From Clostridia bacterium (lineage in GTDB: Bacteria; Bacillota; Clostridia; Christensenellales; CAG-138), in contig JAFWMS010000005.1 of assembly GCA_017545535.1 (NCBI GenBank), positions 30,013 to 94,012 of the forward strand: 64,000 nt of DNA, in the 5' to 3' direction. The notes beneath the pieces were generated by a model that worked only from the letters and a program-made list of their open reading frames with translations, did not search any database and was not told where the DNA came from. The translations under genes were made by a program, and so were the position numbers. Position 1 is the first letter of the stretch. Each line of letters opens with the position of its first letter. Below are positions 28,654 to 36,475 of the stretch, in pieces.

Positions 28654-29651
28654 TTGATGACCTCCTCTTTCTTTTCAAAGGTATTCAATACGGCCAGGAG
28701 CAGGGCGTCCCGGTCCCGGTATATGCCCTGCTTGATGTTCCCGTCCACGGCGGCAAAGGCGGCCACGGCCCGCCGCAGGGCGGGGGCGGTCCGCTTTTGG
28801 GCGTTCTTCACGGCGATCTGGGCGGCATAGGGGCTGCCGGGCAGCTGCCGGGCGGCGGCGCGGGGGTCCAATCCCCGGTCCAGCTGCTCCCGGGCGGTGA
28901 GGATGAGCCTGAGCCGCCCCTCCAAAAACCCGGATAAGCTCAGGGGGCTCTCCCCCTGATCCAGGGCATTGAGGAGCATGGCGTAGCCCTTCTTTCGCCT
29001 TCCGTCCAGCAGGGCGTCCAGCATCTCGAAGGCGTCGTACTCCGGGGAGGGAGTGACGGTATCGCCCAGCACCGCCATGGTGACGGCACCTCCCTGGCCC
29101 ACATAGTCCGCCGCCTTGGAAAACTCGTTTTTGAGCCGGTAGGCGTCGAAGCCCACCCGATCCACCAGGGTCTGGGCCACGGCCTTGGTGAGGGTCACGC
29201 CCTTCAGCGCCGATTCCCGGATGAGCATGTTCACGGCCCGCTCCATGGTCAGCTTCTCGAAGACCACCACCCGGTTTTCCGGGGCCAGGGCCTTGAACAG
29301 GTGGTTGGTCTTGCGGCACTCCCCCCGATACAGGAACAGGATGACGGTGGTGTCCGGCAGATGCAGCAGCCGGCCCCGCTTTTCCAGGGCGTCGATGAGC
29401 CCATCCTCCCACGCCTCCACCAGCAGCAGCCGCATCTCGTCGAAGAAGGGCAGCTGATCGGCGGCGGACAAAAAGCCGTCCACGTCGGGGTTCCGCAGGC
29501 TCTGGCAGTTCAGGTCCAGCACCCCCGGGTCCAGGAGCTTCTTTACCCGGGCCACGGCGTCGGCCTTGGTCAGCTCTTCCTCCCCGTGCAGCAGGTATGG
29601 CCCCTTCAGGGCGCGGCTTTGGGTCGCCTTGTAGAATTCGGACTCGTTCAC
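28650..29651 (-). CDS. holA: DNA polymerase III delta subunit
   Basis: YLLHGEE, QLPFFDEMRL, LKNEFSK, DGNIKQG; likely GTG start at 29651. Confidence 0.9.
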   Translation of the reverse strand: MNESEFYKATQSRALKGPYLLHGEEELTKADAVARVKKLLDPGVLDLNCQSLRNPDVDGFLSAADQLPFFDEMRLLLVEAWEDGLIDALEKRGRLLHLPDTTVILFLYRGECRKTNHLFKALAPENRVVVFEKLTMERAVNMLIRESALKGVTLTKAVAQTLVDRVGFDAYRLKNEFSKAADYVGQGGAVTMAVLGDTVTPSPEYDAFEMLDALLDGRRKKGYAMLLNALDQGESPLSLSGFLEGRLRLILTAREQLDRGLDPRAAARQLPGSPYAAQIAVKNAQKRTAPALRRAVAAFAAVDGNIKQGIYRDRDALLLAVLNTFEKKEEVIK

Positions 29652-29730
29652 CTTCTCATGATACCACGGGGGCGAAAAAGAAACAACCAATATATTATGA
29701 ATAGCGTGGCCGTGCTTTTTTGGTTTCGGT

Positions 29731-29765
29731 AAAAAAACAGCGCCCTTCCGGAGAAGGACGCTGTG
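29731..29765 (-). terminator. Terminator of rpsF-ssb-rpsR
   Basis: ACAGCGTCCTTC-tccg-GAAGGGCGCTGT followed by a T-run on the minus strand. Confidence 0.85.
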
Positions 29766-29802
29766 CTAAACGGTCTTGAGTCGATGAATGTGTGAGATTC
29801 CC

Positions 29803-30051
29803 TTAGAATCTTTCCCCTGCGAAGGGCAGCAGAGCCATTACGCGGGCCCGCTTGATCGCGACGGCCAGATCGCGCTGATGCTCTGCGCAGACACCGGACA
29901 TGCGGCGGGGCATGATCTTGCCCGTTTCGGAAATGAAGCCGGTCAGCTTCTTGATGTCCTTGTAGTCGATACCGGTAGCCTTTTCAACGCAGAACTTGCA
30001 AACCTTGCGTCTGCTTCTTCTGGGACGGGGACGCATCTTGCGTTCTTCCAT
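29803..30051 (-). CDS. rpsR: 30S ribosomal protein S18 (Zn-binding C+ type)
   Basis: [26 protein letters not shown]. Confidence 0.99.
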   Translation of the reverse strand: MEERKMRPRPRRSRRKVCKFCVEKATGIDYKDIKKLTGFISETGKIMPRRMSGVCAEHQRDLAVAIKRARVMALLPFAGERF

Positions 30052-30082
30052 GGTGCAAGCCTCCTATAAAAATTAAGTAGTT

Positions 30083-30511
30083 TTAAAACGGAATGTCGTC
30101 CGAGGAGATATCGGTGAAACCGGCCACATCCTGGTTCCGGTTCTGCTGGGGACGGGGGGCGGTGGGCGCAGAGTAGCTGCTGCCCTGATCGTCACTCTTG
30201 GGGGTGAGGAATTCCACCTCGTCCGCCGATACATCCAGAGACATACGGGTCGTGCCATCCTTCGCTTCGTAGGTCCGGGCCTGAAGCTCGCCGATCACCG
30301 CCACCTTGCGCCCCTTGGCCAAATACCGGGAGCACACGTCGCCCAGCTGCCGCCAGGCGTTGATGCGGAAGAAATCGGTCTGCCTTTCGCCGCCCTGAGA
30401 CGCAAACCTGCGGTTAACGGCGATGGTAAAGGAGCAAACCGTCACGCCGTTGGACGTGGAACGGGTTTCGGGATCATGGGTCAGATTCCCGATCAAAACG
30501 ATCTTATTCAT
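30083..30511 (-). CDS. ssb: Single-stranded DNA-binding protein
   Basis: MNKIVLIGNLTHDPE; C-terminal DDIPF. Confidence 0.99.
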   Translation of the reverse strand: MNKIVLIGNLTHDPETRSTSNGVTVCSFTIAVNRRFASQGGERQTDFFRINAWRQLGDVCSRYLAKGRKVAVIGELQARTYEAKDGTTRMSLDVSADEVEFLTPKSDDQGSSYSAPTAPRPQQNRNQDVAGFTDISSDDIPF

Positions 30512-30569
30512 GCTATACCTCTTTCAAAAACTCTCTCGTGCTTGTTCTGTTCGGGTCTCGACGTGTGCC

Positions 30570-30857
30570 TTATGCTTCCTTACGGGTAACCATGTAGCGC
30601 AGAATGCGCTCATCGTTTCTGAAGTTACGCTCCAACTCACGGGGCAGTTCCGCGGGCGCGTTAAAGGTAACGAGCACGTAGAATCCCTCGGTCTTGTAGT
30701 CGATGGCGTAGGCCAGCTTCCGCTTGCCCCACTCGTCCTGCTTCACGATCTCACCGCCGTTGCCGGTGATGATGCCCGCGAACTTGTCCATGACGGCCCG
30801 ATTGGCCTCCTCGTCCAGTTCCGGCGTGATCAGGTACAAAACTTCATACTGATTCAT
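30570..30857 (-). CDS. rpsF: 30S ribosomal protein S6
   Basis: YEVLYLI, WGKRKLAYAI, ILRYMV. Confidence 0.99.
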   Translation of the reverse strand: MNQYEVLYLITPELDEEANRAVMDKFAGIITGNGGEIVKQDEWGKRKLAYAIDYKTEGFYVLVTFNAPAELPRELERNFRNDERILRYMVTRKEA

Positions 30858-30862
30858 TCTTT

Positions 30863-30915
30863 CACCTCCTTATGGTCTGTTGGCTTTCTTCTCCAAGAAA
30901 GCAAGAAGGACCGTT
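30863..30915 (-). ncRNA. Putative S6:S18 ribosomal protein leader (cis-regulatory RNA)
   Basis: CCTT..GCTTTCTT-ggag-AAGAAAGC..CCA.AAGGAGG: hairpin plus basal pairing over the SD, in the known position of S6:S18 leaders. Confidence 0.6.
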
Positions 30916-30924
30916 AGCCGTAAC

Positions 30925-30953
30925 AATATAGCACACCTTTTCCCCGATTGCAA
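30925..30953 (-). promoter_or_regulatory. Sigma-A promoter of the rpsF operon
   Basis: TTGCAA-17 bp-TATATT with extended -10 TG. Confidence 0.75.
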
Positions 30954-30992
30954 GGCTTTTTTTAGATTTTTTCGAGAAAACGGCGTTCGCCC

Positions 30993-31907
30993 TTACTTCT
31001 TTCCCAACCGGTCGAAGGCCAAAGGATACACGCCCACCAGCAGGAAAAGGAGCACCCCGTACCGCAGGGACCGGACCAGGTGGGCGAGGAAGGTTTCGGA
31101 GGACAGGAACGCGGAGGAGAAGGGAAGCTTCAGCAGATAATTGAGGCCGAAATAGATCGAGCCGCCGCAAAGGACCCGCAGAACGACCTTCCACCAGCAT
31201 TTCGTGTTTTTGAATTTTACAAACCGTTCCTCGAACAGATCTCCGGCGAAGAAGCCGGCCATCATGCCGAAGCTGTTGAAATAATCGTTGGTCTTGCAAT
31301 AAAACCAGCCGGGGAGAGCGAGGAGCAGCAGGATAAGGTAGAACACCCACCGCTTTTCAAACTTCTTCTGGAAGAAGGGAACCAGCAAAACAACACACAG
31401 GCCCAGCGCCCACCCGAAGAGCACGTCCGTGGGGAAATGGACGCCCACGCAAAAGCGGCTTACGCCCACCAGCAGGGGAATGAGAACGGCTAAGACCGTG
31501 GCCCATTTCTTCTTCAGGAACACGCCGATGGACGTGAAGTTGGCCACGGATCCGGAGGAATGGCCGCTGGGGAAGGAATAGCCCTGGGCGGCAACGTCCA
31601 TGATGTCGGCGCTGGGGTCCACAGGCTTCAGGCATTTCACCTCGGGGCAGACCATGTAGGGCCGGAGCCGCAAAAACACGTTTTTGATCATGGGGTTCGC
31701 CACCATGGCCACGCAGGCGTTCCGGCCGATGAACTTGCCCAGCTCCTTGTGCACGCCCCAGTAGCAGACGCCCAAGACCAGGATGGTGGCCATCTCCTCG
31801 CCGAACATGGAGAAGATGGAGGCCAGGGTGAGGCCGAAGGCCCCCAGATGGCTTTGGAGCCAGACCATCAGCGCCGGTTCCCAGGAAAAAAAGAAGGTGT
31901 TGCCCAT
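30993..31907 (-). CDS. PAP2-family membrane phosphatase
   Basis: KxxxxxxRP, SFPSGHS, SRxxxGVHFPTDV. Confidence 0.93.
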   Translation of the reverse strand: MGNTFFFSWEPALMVWLQSHLGAFGLTLASIFSMFGEEMATILVLGVCYWGVHKELGKFIGRNACVAMVANPMIKNVFLRLRPYMVCPEVKCLKPVDPSADIMDVAAQGYSFPSGHSSGSVANFTSIGVFLKKKWATVLAVLIPLLVGVSRFCVGVHFPTDVLFGWALGLCVVLLVPFFQKKFEKRWVFYLILLLLALPGWFYCKTNDYFNSFGMMAGFFAGDLFEERFVKFKNTKCWWKVVLRVLCGGSIYFGLNYLLKLPFSSAFLSSETFLAHLVRSLRYGVLLFLLVGVYPLAFDRLGKK

Positions 31908-31974
31908 ATGGTGTCCTCTCTGTCGATCGTTGCTCCTATCATATCCCATTTTTCCCCGCTTGACAACGGAAACC

Positions 31975-32003
31975 TTGCAACCGGTCGGCGGCCGTGATAC
32001 ACT
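31975..32003 (+). promoter_or_regulatory. Sigma-A promoter
   Basis: TTGCAA-17 bp-TACACT with extended -10 TG. Confidence 0.6.
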
Positions 32004-32028
32004 ACCTCCAAGGATCGGAGGGTCGTCT

Positions 32029-32712
32029 ATGAAAAAACCGGTGCTGTATTCCGAGGTCGCCTATGGGCTGGGCATGGTGGGGCTGAGCCTCAGTGTAGCC
32101 CTCATGACGCGGGCTGACTTCGGCGTGTCCATGGTGGTGGCGCCGGCATACCTGCTGTATATGAAGATCAACGCCCTGTGGCCCACCTTCACCTTCGGCA
32201 TGGCGGAATACATCCTGCAGGGGGCGCTGCTGGTTGGCACGGCCCTGGCGGTGAAAAAGCTGCGGCCCTATTTCCTCTTTTCCTTCGTCACCGCCGTGGT
32301 CTATGGGTTTTTGCTGGACGGATGGATGCTGCTGACGAACCAGCTGCCGGCGGACGGCTTTGGTCTGCGGGTTTTGTGGTATGTGCTGGGGATCCTGCTG
32401 GGGGCGGCCAGCATCTCCTGCTTCTTCAAGACCTACATCGCCCCGGAGGCGTATGAGCTGCTGGTGAAGGAGCTGGCCCTGAAGCTCAATGCGCCAACCC
32501 ATCGGGTGAAGACGGTATACGATTGCGTGAGCTGCGCCGTAGCGATTCTGATGTCCTTCGCCTTCTTCGGCTTCGGTCGGTTTGAGGGAGTGAAGCTGGG
32601 CACGGTGATCTGCGCCCTGGTGAACGGGCTTTTGATCGGCCGGTTCACCGCGTTTATGGACCGCCGCTTCGAATACAAGGATGCCCTGCCCTGGCGCAGA
32701 TATTTTTCCTGA
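32029..32712 (+). CDS. YczE/YitT-like (DUF6198-type) membrane protein
   Basis: ADFGVS, TFG, KTVYD, GVKLGTVICALVNG; SD GGAGG. Confidence 0.8.
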   Translation: MKKPVLYSEVAYGLGMVGLSLSVALMTRADFGVSMVVAPAYLLYMKINALWPTFTFGMAEYILQGALLVGTALAVKKLRPYFLFSFVTAVVYGFLLDGWMLLTNQLPADGFGLRVLWYVLGILLGAASISCFFKTYIAPEAYELLVKELALKLNAPTHRVKTVYDCVSCAVAILMSFAFFGFGRFEGVKLGTVICALVNGLLIGRFTAFMDRRFEYKDALPWRRYFS

Positions 32713-32758
32713 GCCGGGCTTGAAATACACGAACATCACGCCATAAGGAGGAAGAACC

Positions 32759-33052
32759 ATGGGCTTTTTGAAAAGACTGCTGGGCTTCGGCACCACCGTG
32801 GCCGGGACCGTGGCCGCCGTGAAGGTGAGCGAGAAGGTGAAGGAGAACAACCCTGACGGCGTTCAGGACGTGAACGGCGATGGGAAGGTGGACTACAAGG
32901 ACTACGTTATCGAGACCAAGAAGGCCGCCAAGGAGACCTACGACGAGTTCATGCAGAAGGCTCCCGGGGTGGTGGCCGAGGCCAAGGAGAAGGGCGCCGA
33001 GATCTACGAGGATGCCAAGAAGACCGTCCAGGAGACGTTCAGCGGAAAGTAG
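32759..33052 (+). CDS. Small protein with one EF-hand/dockerin-like loop
   Basis: SD AAGGAGG; DVNGDGKVDYKD; amphipathic repeats; strong codon bias. Confidence 0.8.
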   Translation: MGFLKRLLGFGTTVAGTVAAVKVSEKVKENNPDGVQDVNGDGKVDYKDYVIETKKAAKETYDEFMQKAPGVVAEAKEKGAEIYEDAKKTVQETFSGK

Positions 33053-33064
33053 CGGGGTTGTTTT

Positions 33065-33210
33065 GCAGCTTTTCTTGAAAGAAAAGCTGCCCAAAAGAAC
33101 TTTACGGAGGGATATCGCTTTTGGTACGAAAGCTGTATCCCTTCTTGCATTTCTCTTTTTCCGCCGCTTTTTCTCTTTAGCCCAAAGAGAAAAAGCGGCA
33201 AAAAAAGACA
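33065..33210 (+). repeat. Most complete copy of the intergenic three-hairpin repeat
   Basis: GCAGCTTTTCT-TGAA-AGAAAAGCTGC, CCAAAAGAACTTTA, GGGATA...TATCCC, GCCGCTTTTTCTCTTT-agccc-AAAGAGAAAAAGCGGC. Confidence 0.72.
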
Positions 33211-33218
33211 CAGCAAAA

Positions 33219-33246
33219 TGAACCTTTGGCGTATTCCCTTCGTCTA
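33219..33246 (+). promoter_or_regulatory. ECF-type (autoregulatory) promoter
   Basis: TGAACC-16 bp-CGTCTA, the AAC/CGT pattern of SigW/SigM-type promoters, directly upstream of the ECF gene. Confidence 0.7.
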
Positions 33247-33279
33247 TTAGGGTGAACATGCGGAAAGGAGGTGCGCGGC

Positions 33280-34560
33280 ATGGACGAGTTTGAAAGATTG
33301 CTCAGCGAAAACCGGCTGGGCGTGGAACGGTTCGTCAAGTTCCATGTCAGCGGCCCGGACGCGGAGGACATCCTGCAGGAGACGTATTTGGCCGCCTACC
33401 AGGCGTTCCCCCGGCTGAAGGATCCGGCCGCCTTCCGTCCCTGGCTCATCAACATCGCCCGGAACAAGTGGCGGGACTGGTACCGGGCCCAGAGCCGCCG
33501 CCTGGATATGCCCGTGGAGGAGCTGCCCGAGGTGCCCGCGGAAACCGAGCCGGACACCGCCGTGGAGGAGACCTTGGCCCGGCTCAGCGACCGGGACGCC
33601 CGGATGCTGCGGCTGTTCTATCTGGAGGAGCTCCCCCAGCGGGAGATCGCCCGGCAGCTCAGCATCCCCGAGGGCACGGTAAAGAGCCGCCTGAGCGCCG
33701 CCCGCAGCCGGTTCCGCGCCGCATACACCTATCCGCCGAAAGGAGAGAAGACTATGAAGAAACTGCCGCTGTTTTTGCCGCCTTATTCCGTCCGCTGGAC
33801 GAAGGAGCCCCCCTTCCCCGTGGTGTGGGAGGAGATGATGGGCTGGGGCATCGTCCCCAGGCTGGGCGAGACTTTGATCTGGGGCATGTACGATCTGCCC
33901 AGCCGGAAGCTGGACGTGGCCTACGACATGGCCGTCACCGGCAAAGCCAAGGTCCACGGCCTGGAGGGCGTGAGCTTCACGGCCCGGGTCATCGAGCCCC
34001 AGCCGGAACTGAAGGAAGGCGATCTGATGATCGAGCCTGTGGCCTGCTCCGGCGCGCCCCAGGCGGAATGGACATTCGTGGGTCAGCTGCAGGACGGGTA
34101 CACCCGCTTCCTTTCCGCTGAGCGCATGGAGGACGGGGTCCGCACCCTGACCACCTTCCTGGACGGGGAGGAGTTTATGGCCAACTGGGGCTTCGGCGAG
34201 GACAACCGGGGCAACAGCATCCACCCCACGGCCCAGGGATTCATCGTTCGGGACGGCGCCGATTACACCGCCCAGCAGGAGGGCGTGCTGGACGTGGTGG
34301 GCCGCTGCGAACTGAAACTGGACGGGCGGATCACGGACTGCATCGCCGTCATGGACCTGAGCGCCTATGAGGAGGGCGTGGCCTCCCTTCAGTTCCTGGA
34401 CAAAGCCGGCCGGACCCTGCTCTGGCAGCGGTACAACCGGGACGACTGGGCGTTGGATCGGTACAAAAAGCGCTGGTCCGAGCTGCTGCCGGGGAACGAC
34501 AGGATCACCGTCAACGGCGTGACCTACGTGCACTGGTACGACTGCTACTACCTGAGATAA
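33280..34560 (+). CDS. ECF sigma-70 factor with about 270-aa C-terminal extension
   Basis: DAEDILQE, FRPWLINIARN, EIARQLSIPEGTVKSRL; SD AGGAGGT. Confidence 0.92.
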   Translation: MDEFERLLSENRLGVERFVKFHVSGPDAEDILQETYLAAYQAFPRLKDPAAFRPWLINIARNKWRDWYRAQSRRLDMPVEELPEVPAETEPDTAVEETLARLSDRDARMLRLFYLEELPQREIARQLSIPEGTVKSRLSAARSRFRAAYTYPPKGEKTMKKLPLFLPPYSVRWTKEPPFPVVWEEMMGWGIVPRLGETLIWGMYDLPSRKLDVAYDMAVTGKAKVHGLEGVSFTARVIEPQPELKEGDLMIEPVACSGAPQAEWTFVGQLQDGYTRFLSAERMEDGVRTLTTFLDGEEFMANWGFGEDNRGNSIHPTAQGFIVRDGADYTAQQEGVLDVVGRCELKLDGRITDCIAVMDLSAYEEGVASLQFLDKAGRTLLWQRYNRDDWALDRYKKRWSELLPGNDRITVNGVTYVHWYDCYYLR

Positions 34561-34568
34561 GGAACAGA

Positions 34569-34623
34569 GGGCGATTCACGGATCGCCCGTTTTTATTGAC
34601 AAAAGAACGAAATCCGGTATAAT
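34569..34623 (+). promoter_or_regulatory. Terminator followed by a consensus sigma-A promoter
   Basis: GGGCGAT...ATCGCCC plus T-run; then TTGACA (34596)-16 bp-TATAAT (34618). Confidence 0.75.
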
Positions 34624-34662
34624 CATATACAATATGTGGATGCTGAACGAGGAGGAATGCCT

Positions 34663-35154
34663 ATGGATAAAATCGATGCAGCCCTGCTGGAACTTTTGGA
34701 GGAGGACGCTCGGCGGACGCCCAAACAGGTGGGCGTGCTGCTGGGCCTGTCGGAGGCGGAAGCGAAGGCCCGGATCGAGGGTTTGGAGGCGACGGGCATC
34801 ATCCGCGGGTACACGACCCTTGTGGACCGGGAGCAGATGGACGAGGAGACCATCAGTGCCCTCATCGAGGTGAAGGTTCAGCCGGAGCGGAACCGGGGCT
34901 TCGACGCCATCGCCGAACAGCTGTACCGGTTCGACGAGGTGAAGGATTGCTACCTCATGTCCGGTGCCTATGATCTCATGCTCATCGTGGAGGGGAAGAA
35001 CATCCGCTCCGTGTCCCGATTCGTGTCGGAACGACTCAGCATTTTGGACAATGTTCAGAGCTGCGCCACCCATTTCATATTGAAGAGATATAAGACCGAC
35101 GGCGTGATCTTCGAGAAGCAGCCCGAGGATCGGCGCATGGTGGTGAGTCCATGA
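34663..35154 (+). CDS. Lrp/AsnC-family regulator (YugG/AlaR-like)
   Basis: LLEEDAR HTH, YLMSGAYDL, CATHFILKRYK. Confidence 0.92.
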   Translation: MDKIDAALLELLEEDARRTPKQVGVLLGLSEAEAKARIEGLEATGIIRGYTTLVDREQMDEETISALIEVKVQPERNRGFDAIAEQLYRFDEVKDCYLMSGAYDLMLIVEGKNIRSVSRFVSERLSILDNVQSCATHFILKRYKTDGVIFEKQPEDRRMVVSP

Positions 35155-36329
35155 ACATCGACACCCTGATCTCCCAGCGGGCAAAGGCCATCCAGCCCTC
35201 CCCCATCCGGCGGTTCTTCGATCTGGCCAACGCCATGGAAGGGACCATCTCCCTGGGCATCGGCGAACCGGACTTCGTCACGCCCTGGCATATCCGGGAT
35301 GCGGCCATGGCCTCCCTTCGGGCCGGCGAGACCGCCTACACCCCCAACGCGGGCACCCTGCAGCTCAGGCAGGCCATCGCCGACTATTTGTACGCCCGGT
35401 TTGGATTGGAATATGACCCCAAAACGGAGATATTCGTCACCGTTGGCGCGTCGGAGGCCATCGACCTGGCTCTGCGGGTGCTGGTGGACCCCGGCGACGA
35501 GGTGCTCATCCCCGATCCCAGCTACATCTCCTACAGCCCCGGCGCCCTGCTGGCGGGGGGCAAAAGCGTGCTGCTGCCCACCTATGCGGAGGACGGGTTC
35601 GCCCTTCGGGGGGACGTGCTCCGGGCGGCCATCACACCCCGGACCAAGGCCCTGGTGCTGCCCTATCCCAACAACCCCACCGGCGGGATCATGACCCGGC
35701 CTCAGCTCGAGGAGCTGGCGGCGGTGCTGAAAGGAACGAACGTGCCCGTGATTGCCGACGAGATATACGGGGAGCTGACCTATTCTGGGGACCATGCGTC
35801 CCTGGCCCAGATCCCGGGCATGAAGGAGCAGACCATCCTGATCTCCGGCTTCTCCAAGGCCTTCGCCATGACCGGCTGGCGGCTGGGGTTCGTGGCCGCG
35901 GATCGGCGGTTCGTCAGCCAGATGCTGAAGGTCCATCAGTACGTGATCATGTGCGCCTCCACCATGAGCCAGGCGGCGGCCGCCGAGGCGCTGAACGGCC
36001 TTCTAAGAGGAGAGTTCGACGACGTGGAAAAGATGCGCCGGGCCTACGACCAGCGGCGGCGGTATATCTTCGACCGGCTGAACGGCATGGGGCTGAAGTG
36101 CTTCGAGCCCCGGGGCGCCTTCTATATCTTCCCGGACATCACCTGCACCGGCCTCACCAGTGAGCAGTTCGCCGAATCCCTGCTGCGGGAGGAACGGGTG
36201 GCCGTGGTGCCGGGGAACGCCTTCGGCAGCCGGGGCGAGGGATTCGTTCGCTGCTCCTACGCAGCCAGCCTGAAGAACATAGAGGCGGCCATGGATCGGA
36301 TGGAGCGATTCGTGAAGGGGAGACAATAA
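35151..36329 (+). CDS. PLP-dependent aminotransferase class I/II (YugH/AlaT-like)
   Basis: GEPDF, PNNPTG, DEIY, SKAFAMTGWRLG. Confidence 0.95.
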   Translation: MNIDTLISQRAKAIQPSPIRRFFDLANAMEGTISLGIGEPDFVTPWHIRDAAMASLRAGETAYTPNAGTLQLRQAIADYLYARFGLEYDPKTEIFVTVGASEAIDLALRVLVDPGDEVLIPDPSYISYSPGALLAGGKSVLLPTYAEDGFALRGDVLRAAITPRTKALVLPYPNNPTGGIMTRPQLEELAAVLKGTNVPVIADEIYGELTYSGDHASLAQIPGMKEQTILISGFSKAFAMTGWRLGFVAADRRFVSQMLKVHQYVIMCASTMSQAAAAEALNGLLRGEFDDVEKMRRAYDQRRRYIFDRLNGMGLKCFEPRGAFYIFPDITCTGLTSEQFAESLLREERVAVVPGNAFGSRGEGFVRCSYAASLKNIEAAMDRMERFVKGRQ

Positions 36330-36355
36330 ACCCGAAGGTCTGGTTGCCTGTAGCG

Positions 36356-36392
36356 GAGATCGCGGCTTGGCTGTGATCTCCTGTTTTCTTTT
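36356..36392 (+). terminator. Rho-independent terminator
   Basis: GGAGATCGCGGC-ttg-GCTGTGATCTCC followed by a T-rich tail. Confidence 0.75.
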
Positions 36393-36475
36393 GGACGGCC
36401 TTCATTTTTTATATGTTGCGCAGGGCGGCAAATCTGATATAATAAAGTGTTACAAGATCTGAAGGAGGGAAGCCC

